From Candidatus Saccharimonadota bacterium (GTDB lineage: Bacteria > Patescibacteriota > Patescibacteriia > 2-12-FULL-60-25), in contig OY970357.1 in assembly GCA_963718585.1 (NCBI GenBank), positions 930,001 through 962,000 on the forward strand: a stretch of DNA of 32,000 nucleotides, read 5' to 3'. Positions 8,788 to 15,935 of the stretch are shown piece after piece. Every line of letters starts with the position of its first letter. Position 1 is the stretch's first letter. The position numbers were made by a program, and so were the translations under genes. Below the pieces are notes generated by a model that ran no database searches, was not told where the DNA came from, and saw nothing but the letters and a program-made list of their open reading frames with translations.

Positions 8788-8819
8788 CCGTAAAAATCGC
8801 AACGCGGTATCATGTCCGC

Positions 8820-10589
8820 ATGACCAAGGCGCAGGAACTCGAAAAGATCTTCACGGAATTCTCGTATTATGACGAGATGCAGGGGATCGCGTTCAAACCC
8901 CGTGCGTACGAGCTTGCGGCCGAATCCGTATCCGCGCTCAAAGACGACGTGGAGGACGCATGGCGCAAAGGCGGCGTAAAAGCCTTGAAAGGACTTCCCG
9001 GGATCGGACAGAGCATCGCCGAGAAGATCGACGAGTTCTATCGCACCGGAAGGATCAAGGAATACCAGACGATGAAAAAGAAGTTCCCCGTCGACATGTG
9101 GGGACTCTCACGGATCGAAGGCCTGGGACCGAAACACATCCAGGAGCTGTACGCCCATCTCAAGATCCGAAATCTCACGGACCTCAAAAAAGCCCTCAAG
9201 GCGCACAAGGTCCGGACCATCCCCCGCTGGGGAGCAAAGAGCGAAGAGAAGCTTGCACGCGGACTCGGGCTCATGGAGCGCGCCTCCGGACGACGACTGC
9301 TCGGCGAGATCCTCCCGTACGCGGATGACATCGTCGCGGTGCTGTCCAAGGTGAAGGGCGTAAAGCGATGCGCGGTCGCAGGATCGATCCGTCGACGACA
9401 GGACACCGTGGGAGACATCGACCTCCTCGCGACATCCGCGGATCCCAAACGGGTGATCGATGCCTTCGTGTCCCTTCCGCTCGTCGAATCGATCCATGAG
9501 CGCGGAAAGAACCGCTCATCCGTCCGCCTCAAGATCGGCGTCGACGCGGACCTGCGCGTCCTCCCGGATACGGTCTACGGCGCAGCACTGCAATACTTCA
9601 CGGGCGACAAACGACACAATGTCCTGCTCCGAGAATACGCATTGAGTAAAGGATTTACCCTCAGTGAATACGGGCTCTTTCGCACCAAACGGAAGGGCCG
9701 CGAACACGGAAAAGGTTCTTTGGTCGTGTGCAAGACCGAAGACGAGATCTACCGCGCGCTCGGCATGGACACCCCTCCGCCCGAGATCCGCGTTGGCGGG
9801 GATGAGATCGATGCGGCGCGCGAACACCATCTCCCGAAGCTCCTCCCCTACGGATCGGTCAAAGGCGATCTACAGACACAGACCGAGTGGTCGGATGGGG
9901 CCGTCTCGATCGAAGAGATGGCGCGCGCAGCAAAGGCCGCCGGACTCTCCTACATCGCGATCACGGATCACACGCAGTCGCTCGCCTTCATCCACGGCCT
10001 CGACGAACGACGCGTCGCCAAACAGATCGCGGAGATCAAACAGCTGAACCGAAAGATGCGCGGCTTTACGATCTTTTCCGGGACGGAGTGCGACATCCTT
10101 AAAGACGGAACGCTCGACCTTGATGACCGGACGCTTACGAGGCTGGATTGGGTCGGCGTCTCCATCCATTCGCATTTCACCCTCTCCCGCAAAGAGCAGA
10201 CGAAACGGATCGTGAAGGCGCTCTCCGATCCGAATGTCGACTGCTTCTTCCATCCGACCTGCCGACTCATCGGCAAGCGCGAGCCCATCGACTTCGACAT
10301 GGACGAGGTGATGGCGACGGCCAAAGCACACCGGGTCGCCCTCGAGATCGATGCCTTTCCCGACCGTTCCGACCTCCGAGACACCCATGTCCGGGCCGCC
10401 GTGCGTGCCGGGGTCATGCTCGTGATCGATACAGATGCCCACGCACCCGAGCATTTCCGGTACATCCGGCTTGGGGAAGCGATCGCCCGCCGAGGCTGGG
10501 CAGGGACAAAAAACGTGTTAAATACGCGGTCTGCGCAGGCTGTGAAGGCCTATCTGGCCAAAAAACAGGATCTTTCGAAAAAGGCTTGA
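8820..10589 (+). CDS. polX: Family X DNA polymerase with a C-terminal PHP domain (PolX)
   Basis: HhH motifs ([22 protein letters not shown]), Pol-beta nucleotidyltransferase motif [25 protein letters not shown], and PHP motifs ITDHTQ...GVSIHS...DTDAH. Confidence 0.9.
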   Translation: MTKAQELEKIFTEFSYYDEMQGIAFKPRAYELAAESVSALKDDVEDAWRKGGVKALKGLPGIGQSIAEKIDEFYRTGRIKEYQTMKKKFPVDMWGLSRIEGLGPKHIQELYAHLKIRNLTDLKKALKAHKVRTIPRWGAKSEEKLARGLGLMERASGRRLLGEILPYADDIVAVLSKVKGVKRCAVAGSIRRRQDTVGDIDLLATSADPKRVIDAFVSLPLVESIHERGKNRSSVRLKIGVDADLRVLPDTVYGAALQYFTGDKRHNVLLREYALSKGFTLSEYGLFRTKRKGREHGKGSLVVCKTEDEIYRALGMDTPPPEIRVGGDEIDAAREHHLPKLLPYGSVKGDLQTQTEWSDGAVSIEEMARAAKAAGLSYIAITDHTQSLAFIHGLDERRVAKQIAEIKQLNRKMRGFTIFSGTECDILKDGTLDLDDRTLTRLDWVGVSIHSHFTLSRKEQTKRIVKALSDPNVDCFFHPTCRLIGKREPIDFDMDEVMATAKAHRVALEIDAFPDRSDLRDTHVRAAVRAGVMLVIDTDAHAPEHFRYIRLGEAIARRGWAGTKNVLNTRSAQAVKAYLAKKQDLSKKA

Positions 10590-10681
10590 CAAAAGCCCCG
10601 ATTTTATGCAAAGTAGACCGTCCGCTCACTGGTGAGCGGTTCGCAAATTTCCAATCCAAACCCTAGGGAAAGGAAGGTTAC

Positions 10682-12139
10682 GTGACAAATGCACGCAGGT
10701 GGCGAAAGGTCCTGCCGGCGATATTGGTCGCCGTGCTCTGGACTGTCATCGCCATGCCCGCTTGGGCAGCATTGAAGGGTCATCTGCCGCACAAGCTCGC
10801 AGAGAGTTTGCGGCATGATCCGGACGCCATCGCCTGTTTGCAGCAGACCTGCAACAGCAACGTCACCGTCGCCGAGTGTTCACAGGAACACCAGGAACGG
10901 ATCGACGCGGCACTAAGCGGACGGGTCCTCCCCGTCCTGCGTGGCATGCCGTATGGGGAACACGATCCCTCGGTCACCTCCCTCGAGCACCATGCGTGCG
11001 GGGATGTCCGACCGGTGGAGACCGTGATCGCCGAGCGGAACCTCGCACTGAAAGAGCGTGTCCTGCGTGGCCTCGTGGCCCTGCGGGATGCGGTCAAGAT
11101 GTGCGTGGCGCACGGCGGCACCCTCCCCGACATCGACATTCCGAGGGTCCACGACGGATCACCGTCCCAAGACCTCGACGAGCTTACGGCGGAACGCGAC
11201 AGCCTGTACGCAACGCTCGACCAGGTCACGGCAGCGACAAAGGTCGCCCGATCACGGTGCACGATCCCCCAGGCGCAGCCGACGGAGATCGCGGACAACG
11301 CGCCGAAACCCTCCGAGAAGCGACCCCAGGCCCCTGTGCCTGCGACGCTTCCCGCGGAGATCGCTTCGGCCGGTGATAAGACCGTTTCGGAACTCGACAC
11401 CCCGCCCGCCACGCGCGGGCATCTCAAAACCGCATCGCGGACCGCTCAGGCCACGCGGCGGCGGACCTCCGTGTATGAGATCCGATCGCAGACGCCGAAA
11501 GAACTCCGCGTTTGGATCCGTCATGGAGCCACCCTCGCTGACCTTCAGCGTTCCCCCGCGACGCGCGGGTACGATACGTCCCCAGAGGGCGTCTTCCACG
11601 CCAACACGTACCAAGCGACCATCCCGTTCTGTGACAAGAACGGATCGCGGACCTTTGACCCGGTCCGCTGGCACTTCGGAACAGGCGGCCGGAAGGCCGG
11701 CGACGCGCCGAACGCGGCGTTCGCCGGATCATGCACCACGGATGGCGGCCACTTCGGGATCGCCCTCCAGGAGCGCCAGGTCCTGATCCTGCAGGCGAAG
11801 AATGCCACACCGGCATCGACAACGACGAAGGGTGCAAAGCCCGCGACGACCCCTAAGGCCGTCTCGTCCGCATCGAAGCCGCCGGCATCCGTTGCCATGT
11901 CGATGGGACCGACAGAACCGCCTGACGCGGGTGCCATGCCCGTCTCGACCGTCACCCCGCAACCGTCTCAAACGGGAGCGACGTGGACGCGCGGACGGAA
12001 CATGTCGCCGGAATGGCTGTTCTGGACATTGATCGCCTCGCTGGCGCTCAACGTCCTGCTCCTCCTCTGGCTCTTCAAGGTCACACGGGCGATCAAGACG
12101 CCACAAGCGTCGACGCCCCAGACCAAACGGAAGTCCTAA
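10682..12139 (+). CDS. Hypothetical secreted protein with a C-terminal membrane anchor
   Basis: GTG start preceded by GGAAGG. Signal peptide ...ILVAVLWTVIAMPAWAA, Pro/Thr/Ala-rich segments, and a C-terminal TM segment WLFWTLIASLALNVLLLLWLF. Confidence 0.7.
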   Translation: MTNARRWRKVLPAILVAVLWTVIAMPAWAALKGHLPHKLAESLRHDPDAIACLQQTCNSNVTVAECSQEHQERIDAALSGRVLPVLRGMPYGEHDPSVTSLEHHACGDVRPVETVIAERNLALKERVLRGLVALRDAVKMCVAHGGTLPDIDIPRVHDGSPSQDLDELTAERDSLYATLDQVTAATKVARSRCTIPQAQPTEIADNAPKPSEKRPQAPVPATLPAEIASAGDKTVSELDTPPATRGHLKTASRTAQATRRRTSVYEIRSQTPKELRVWIRHGATLADLQRSPATRGYDTSPEGVFHANTYQATIPFCDKNGSRTFDPVRWHFGTGGRKAGDAPNAAFAGSCTTDGGHFGIALQERQVLILQAKNATPASTTTKGAKPATTPKAVSSASKPPASVAMSMGPTEPPDAGAMPVSTVTPQPSQTGATWTRGRNMSPEWLFWTLIASLALNVLLLLWLFKVTRAIKTPQASTPQTKRKS

Positions 12140-12293
12140 CCCGAAGGATCCGAGGCCGATATGGCCGAGACGACCTGACCCTCGTCCGGATCCACGGAAG
12201 ACTCCCGAGAAAACCTTTCTCGACTGCGGCGGAAGAGTGATCTGACTCGCTGGCACTTGACCCTGCCATCCGCCCTTCGTCGAACCTTCTCAC

Positions 12294-12321
12294 AAACTCC
12301 CAACATGGGAGTTTTTGTTTT
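12294..12321 (+). terminator. Intrinsic terminator
   Basis: Stem AAACTCCC(12294-12301)/GGGAGTTT(12307-12314), followed by TTGTTTT. Confidence 0.7.
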
Positions 12322-12347
12322 AAAAAACCTCCGGGCAGGCCGGAGGT
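12322..12347 (-). terminator. Intrinsic terminator for the 12349..12849 gene
   Basis: Stem ACCTCCGG(12327-12334)/CCGGAGGT(12340-12347) lies immediately after the stop codon. An A-run at 12322-12327 gives the U-tract on the minus strand. Confidence 0.75.
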
Positions 12348-12348
12348 C

Positions 12349-12849
12349 TCACGACGGCAGCGTCTCATGAAGAAAGGTCACGATCTCGGACCATTCATGG
12401 ACCTGATGGACGCGCCGCAGGCTGAAGAAATACTTCTTGATCTCATGCGGCCTGGCACGGAAAAGGATGCGGCACCGGACGAACCGGTACATGAGCAGCG
12501 TCTCCATGGACCGATCCACGACATGCGTCGCATGAAGTTCTTTGCATGCGAGCAGACGCATACGGTCCTTCCGGTAAAAGGCCACGTGATCATTGCGGAT
12601 CCCCGTCCGTTCAAAGAAGCGACGGCGGATGAGCCAGTCACGCGTCCGCTCTTCCGCCTCCAGGCGGCATTTGAAGAAGACATACCGCCGATCGCCGAAG
12701 CGATCTACGAGCGCAGCAAGCGCGTCGAACGCTCCGGGGACTTCCGGCATCTCGAGATACCCATCGCCATACAGAGAACGATCAGACGTCGGATCTACGT
12801 GGTCAAACAGCACACCGCCGATGGTGGTGACAAAGACTTCGCCTGCCAT
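12349..12849 (-). CDS. Hypothetical protein, possibly HAD/5'-nucleotidase-like fold without the catalytic DxD motif
   Basis: ATG at 12849 is preceded by a perfect SD (cgAAAGGAGGttctcATG). The track's longer 291-aa version runs through tRNA-Leu and is rejected. The N-terminus TTIGGVLFD sits where HAD motif I (DxDGV) would be. The fold assignment is weak. Confidence 0.6.
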   Translation of the reverse strand: MAGEVFVTTIGGVLFDHVDPTSDRSLYGDGYLEMPEVPGAFDALAALVDRFGDRRYVFFKCRLEAEERTRDWLIRRRFFERTGIRNDHVAFYRKDRMRLLACKELHATHVVDRSMETLLMYRFVRCRILFRARPHEIKKYFFSLRRVHQVHEWSEIVTFLHETLPS

Positions 12850-12953
12850 GAGAACCTCCTTTCGAAAGGGCGTTGATATGAGCTTATCAAGCGCGAGGAA
12901 AAAGTCGAGCGCGATTGTCAGGGAGGAGCATTTCCGGCAGACTGATGTCGCGC

Positions 12954-13034
12954 GGGCCCGTGGCGGAATGGTAGACGCAGGGGACTTAAAATCCCCAGCC
13001 GCAAGGCGTGCAGGTTCGAGTCCTGCCGGGCCCA
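12954..13034 (+). tRNA. tRNA-Leu(UAA), class II with a long variable arm; no CCA encoded at this 3' end
   Basis: GGGCCCG-TG-GCG..CGC-A-GGGGA-CTTAAAA-TCCCC-AGCCGCAAGGCGT-GCAGG-TTCGAGT-CCTGC-CGGGCCC-A. All stems pair. TAG follows, not CCA. Confidence 0.87.
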
Positions 13035-13197
13035 TAGCAGACATGCTCCGACTTCGGGGCATGTGTGCTATGGGCAGGACTCGAATGGGGAAGGCGATGG
13101 GAACCGGGAGGTTCCCATGGCGGAGGGAATGTCGGAGGCAAAGCCGACGGAATGGGGAACCGATGGGTTCCCAAGAGGCCGAAGGCCGAGTAAGATC
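13035..13197 (+). other. Hairpin-dense 163-nt insert between two copies of the tRNA-Leu 3' end (candidate ncRNA, intervening sequence or integrative-element remnant)
   Basis: A stem of about 19 bp pairs 13031-13049 with 13057-13075. 13073-13085 is a perfect 13-nt complement of the T-arm (13015-13027). Two hairpins share identical stems, GGGAACC(13099-13105)/GGTTCCC(13110-13116) and GGGAACC(13155-13161)/GGTTCCC(13166-13172). Further hairpins: GTCGG/CCGAC (13131-13148) and GGCC-GAA-GGCC (13177-13187). Confidence 0.5.
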
Positions 13198-13213
13198 CCT
13201 GCCGGGCCCACCA
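13198..13213 (+). repeat. Second copy of the tRNA-Leu 3' end (CCTGCCGGGCCCA) followed by CCA
   Basis: Exact 13-nt direct repeat of 13022-13034. Here it is followed by CCA (13211-13213). Confidence 0.85.
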
Positions 13214-13227
13214 AAACATTTCAAGGC

Positions 13228-13740
13228 ATGAAACGCGTTTCACTATTGATCAAAGACCACGGACGCATCTTCCACCTCCGGATCCCGAGCGGGGTGAAGA
13301 TCATCTATCAACCGATCAAAGGCTTGTCCCTTTTTTCGGATCGGATATTCAAAAAAGGGGAAGTGGTCATGCCGCTCAGCGGGAAGATCGTCTCATCTGC
13401 GCATCCATCGCCGGAAGCAGTACAGATCGATGCGACGCATTTCATCGACAGCGTCGAATACGTGCCGGAAGATTTCATCAACCATGCCTGCAGGGCAGAC
13501 ACGATGCTCGACGTCGATCGGAAAGCCTTTATCGCGCTTCGCCGCATCCACCGAAATGAGGAGATCACCTTCAACTATCTCACCACGGAATGGGACATGA
13601 AACGCCATAACACGGATTTCGACTGCATCTGCGGCGCCAAACGTTGTTTCGGCCGGATCCGTGGATTTCGTTATCTGACCGATGCTCAGCGCAAACGGAT
13701 CGCCCCTCAATTGTCGCCGTTCCTCCGATCGATGCGCTGA
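13228..13740 (+). CDS. SET-domain protein (putative protein-lysine methyltransferase)
   Basis: Motifs FINHACRADT (NHxC-type), EEITFNY and the post-SET-like CICGAKRCFG. The track's N-terminal extension back to 13063 overlaps the structured insert and is rejected. Confidence 0.82.
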   Translation: MKRVSLLIKDHGRIFHLRIPSGVKIIYQPIKGLSLFSDRIFKKGEVVMPLSGKIVSSAHPSPEAVQIDATHFIDSVEYVPEDFINHACRADTMLDVDRKAFIALRRIHRNEEITFNYLTTEWDMKRHNTDFDCICGAKRCFGRIRGFRYLTDAQRKRIAPQLSPFLRSMR

Positions 13741-13768
13741 AAAGACGCCTCACGGGCGTCTTTTTTGA
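13741..13768. terminator. Bidirectional intrinsic terminator between convergent genes
   Basis: Stem AAAGACGCC(13741-13749)/GGCGTCTTT(13755-13763), with a T-run after it and an A-rich stretch before it. Confidence 0.8.
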
Positions 13769-13776
13769 TATGCGAT

Positions 13777-14793
13777 TCACGCGGCTTCGGCGATCTCTTC
13801 GCCTTCCAACCGCTGACCCTGCCACGTCGCCGGATCCGTCTCGGTCCGCACGACGAGCATCTCGTCCGGCGTGAGCTCGATCCCCTTCAACAGGGGTGAG
13901 ACATTCAACCGTTCAAGCAAATCCGCATCCGCCATGCCGATGACATCCTCCGTTCCCGGGTGCCGGTCGATCTGGATGACAATGGGTGTACGCGAGAGAT
14001 CCGCGTGCGCATGCGTCTTCATGACCTTCACGGCCAAGGCTATCCCTTCAAGCAACGCATCCGATTCCATCTCCGGAGACAAATGATACGTCACATTCCG
14101 ACGCGCGACCCAGGCGCGCGGCCGATCTCCGACATAGACACGCGTCCCGGCATGGGAACGGTCGAGTTCCGCCTTGCCTTCGGCGGAAGAAACACCTGTC
14201 TGCCCTGCGAGCGGCCCCGCCGCATGCACGGCCCGCTCTGGCAACTCTGTGCCATGGAACGGCTTCAACGCGTGAGCATCAGTGTCATAGAACGCGGTCA
14301 AGATATTCACGCCGTCGAATTCCGGACGGCTGCGTAGATCATCCGAGAGCTTCGTGAAGTACTCGGTCTGTGCAGCTTCATCTGCGGCGAACGCTGCGCA
14401 TCCCGCATGGCTGTCCGCCGCGCAATGATGCGGCATCAACCAGATCGTGAGCTCTTTGCCCGCCTTTCGCGCCGCTTCAAGCTGCGATCCATACGCTTTC
14501 AACAATTCATCCGGCGTCGTCCGTCCCCCGGGCGTCGCAAAAAGCTCCAACGCACCCAAGGGTTCGCCCGTTGCTTCACCGGCGAACGTGTCGCGCTCAT
14601 CCATGCAGGTCACATGGATCCCGAACGCCTCTGCGCGGCGCGCCTCCCGCGCCTCTTTCTGCGCCTCATATGCCGCGATGGCGGCCGCATGATCTTGATC
14701 AAGTCCTTCGAGGGCGTGCTGCTTCTGCTCTGCGCGCGGCAGAAGCGCTTCCTGGGATCCGGTGTGGATGTCAGACATAGATTCAGGGTGCAT
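13777..14793 (-). CDS. Hypothetical protein with beta-carbonic-anhydrase-like zinc-ligand motifs
   Basis: 338-aa ORF from ATG 14793 (the track uses TTG 14802). It contains HVTCMDERD (CxDxR), then LGALELFATPGG, then SHAGCAAF (HxxC) 66 residues after the first Cys. The N-terminal roughly 60 aa is helical and charged. The fold call is inference only. Confidence 0.7.
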   Translation of the reverse strand: MHPESMSDIHTGSQEALLPRAEQKQHALEGLDQDHAAAIAAYEAQKEAREARRAEAFGIHVTCMDERDTFAGEATGEPLGALELFATPGGRTTPDELLKAYGSQLEAARKAGKELTIWLMPHHCAADSHAGCAAFAADEAAQTEYFTKLSDDLRSRPEFDGVNILTAFYDTDAHALKPFHGTELPERAVHAAGPLAGQTGVSSAEGKAELDRSHAGTRVYVGDRPRAWVARRNVTYHLSPEMESDALLEGIALAVKVMKTHAHADLSRTPIVIQIDRHPGTEDVIGMADADLLERLNVSPLLKGIELTPDEMLVVRTETDPATWQGQRLEGEEIAEAA

Positions 14794-14798
14794 AGGAT

Positions 14799-15080
14799 TC
14801 AATTCGCCGTCTTCATGTCCTCCTTGAGCGACTGAAGCTCTTTCTCGATCCGATCGAGTTCATCGATCTCTGCGAGCCATGCGTTCCGGATCACATGATA
14901 AGAGTAGGTCTTCTGATCTTCCTGGACGTCATCGTGCGGGATGTTCTGGTCGAGCAACTCGACATTCGCGATCCACAAGGCCTGGACCTTTTCAACCTGC
15001 TCGAGATCCTTATCGATCTTCTCCGCGATCGCCCGACGCTGTGACTCGATGGAGGGTTCGGCGTGAAACGACTCGTTCAT
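14799..15080 (-). CDS. Small acidic coiled-coil protein (93 aa)
   Basis: Its ATG overlaps the upstream ORF's stop (ATGA at 15080..15077). Its own stop lies 5 nt before the downstream ATG. Confidence 0.6.
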   Translation of the reverse strand: MNESFHAEPSIESQRRAIAEKIDKDLEQVEKVQALWIANVELLDQNIPHDDVQEDQKTYSYHVIRNAWLAEIDELDRIEKELQSLKEDMKTAN

Positions 15081-15322
15081 ACGTCCATCGAATGCAATCG
15101 CTGATTGAGCCAGGCGAGACGGGACGACGCATCGTCCGGCGCCTGCGCGAGGACCGCGCGCATCCGTTCCGCTTCGGTCGAAAGGAAGGTCACGCGCGAC
15201 GTCAACTCATCGGTCTTCTGCGCGATGGCGCGCAACGTCGCCGGGCGATGCGTTTGCGGCGTCGAAGAAAGGGTTCGGATACGTGGGATCATATCGTCGT
15301 TCGACAGCCTAACGCATCGCAT
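15077..15322 (-). CDS. Small hypothetical protein (71-81 aa), first ORF of the three-gene operon
   Basis: The stop overlaps the next start (ATGA). There is no SD, and the upstream terminator is only about 15 nt from the ATG, so the start (15322 or 15292) and even coding status are uncertain. Confidence 0.4.
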   Translation of the reverse strand: MRCVRLSNDDMIPRIRTLSSTPQTHRPATLRAIAQKTDELTSRVTFLSTEAERMRAVLAQAPDDASSRLAWLNQRLHSMDV

Positions 15323-15336
15323 GCGATTTGGCGAGA

Positions 15337-15363
15337 GGAAAACGCCCCCGATGAACGGGGGCG
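15337..15363 (-). terminator. Intrinsic terminator after the small membrane-protein gene
   Basis: Stem CGCCCCCG(15343-15350)/CGGGGGCG(15356-15363). AAAA on the plus strand at 15339-15342 gives the U-tract on the minus strand. Confidence 0.6.
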
Positions 15364-15375
15364 GAGGATCGTGGT

Positions 15376-15591
15376 CTACAGACCAGAGACAAAGACGCGT
15401 TCTGAGACCCGGTCATCCGCCCCATGTTGTTCATGAAGGAGGATGAGGATCGTCAGGAGCAACGCCGTAGCGAAGATACCCAAGTGGATCACGCGATACG
15501 CCTCCCATGGGATGCCGAATGTGAGACATCCGATGAACCAGGCAGACCCGCCTGAACAAAACGGCAGACCGAATCGTTCGAGACGGGTCAT
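15376..15591 (-). CDS. Small integral membrane protein (71 aa)
   Basis: Two hydrophobic segments (AWFIGCLTFGI, IHLGIFATALLLTILILL). Its ATG overlaps the stop of the upstream ORF (ATGA). Confidence 0.55.
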   Translation of the reverse strand: MTRLERFGLPFCSGGSAWFIGCLTFGIPWEAYRVIHLGIFATALLLTILILLHEQHGADDRVSERVFVSGL

Positions 15592-15851
15592 AAGCCGACC
15601 TCGTCGCGTGGTAGAGACAGAGGAGCGACATACACCGGTTCCTCAAAAGTGGGAAACAGGGTCTGATCGACATGTTCACAGAACCCACCCGGACACAAAG
15701 GGTGACGTGGGACGACCAAGAGCCGGAACGTCGAAGGACCGACACATGTATCACCCGGCGGCGGAGCCGCGGACATCCCGGAGTTGTACCCGACCATGAA
15801 AGAGCCAAGGAGCAGGAAGGAAAGACCGACGGACCAGAGCAGCTTATGCAT
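15588..15851 (-). CDS. Small secreted Cys-containing protein (87 aa)
   Basis: SD GGAGGTG lies 4 nt upstream of ATG 15851. Signal peptide MHKLLWSVGLSFLLLGSFMVG. The mature part has three Cys. Confidence 0.65.
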   Translation of the reverse strand: MHKLLWSVGLSFLLLGSFMVGYNSGMSAAPPPGDTCVGPSTFRLLVVPRHPLCPGGFCEHVDQTLFPTFEEPVYVAPLSLPRDEVGL

Positions 15852-15935
15852 CGTTCACCTCCATCGTCACTTCATCACGCAGCGCCTCGACGGGCAAGCA
15901 CGCCGCGTCGTCCATCGCAGATGCCGTGTTACACT

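Noticed and set aside
13022-13210. MITE or IS interpretation of the tRNA-Leu insert
   Set aside because: There are no terminal inverted repeats at the insert ends, a 13-bp duplication is long for a transposition TSD, and the window has no transposase or integrase. A site-specific-recombination remnant or a functional RNA remains more plausible and is reported as a finding instead.
12349-13224. 291-aa minus-strand ORF version spanning the tRNA-Leu gene and the structured insert
   Set aside because: It runs antisense through a well-folded tRNA. An internal ATG at 12849 has a perfect AAGGAGG SD, so only 12349..12849 is called.
13063-13227. N-terminal extension of the SET-domain ORF (track start 13063)
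   Set aside because: The extension (MCYGQDSNGEGDGNREVP...) overlaps the hairpin array and the duplicated tRNA end and shows no protein-like pattern. The SET domain is complete from ATG 13228.
15672-15935. Upstream extension of the Nramp ORF (track start 15672)
   Set aside because: It overlaps the divergently transcribed small secreted-protein gene, which has a strong SD. Its Arg/Pro-rich composition is typical of out-of-frame GC-rich sequence.
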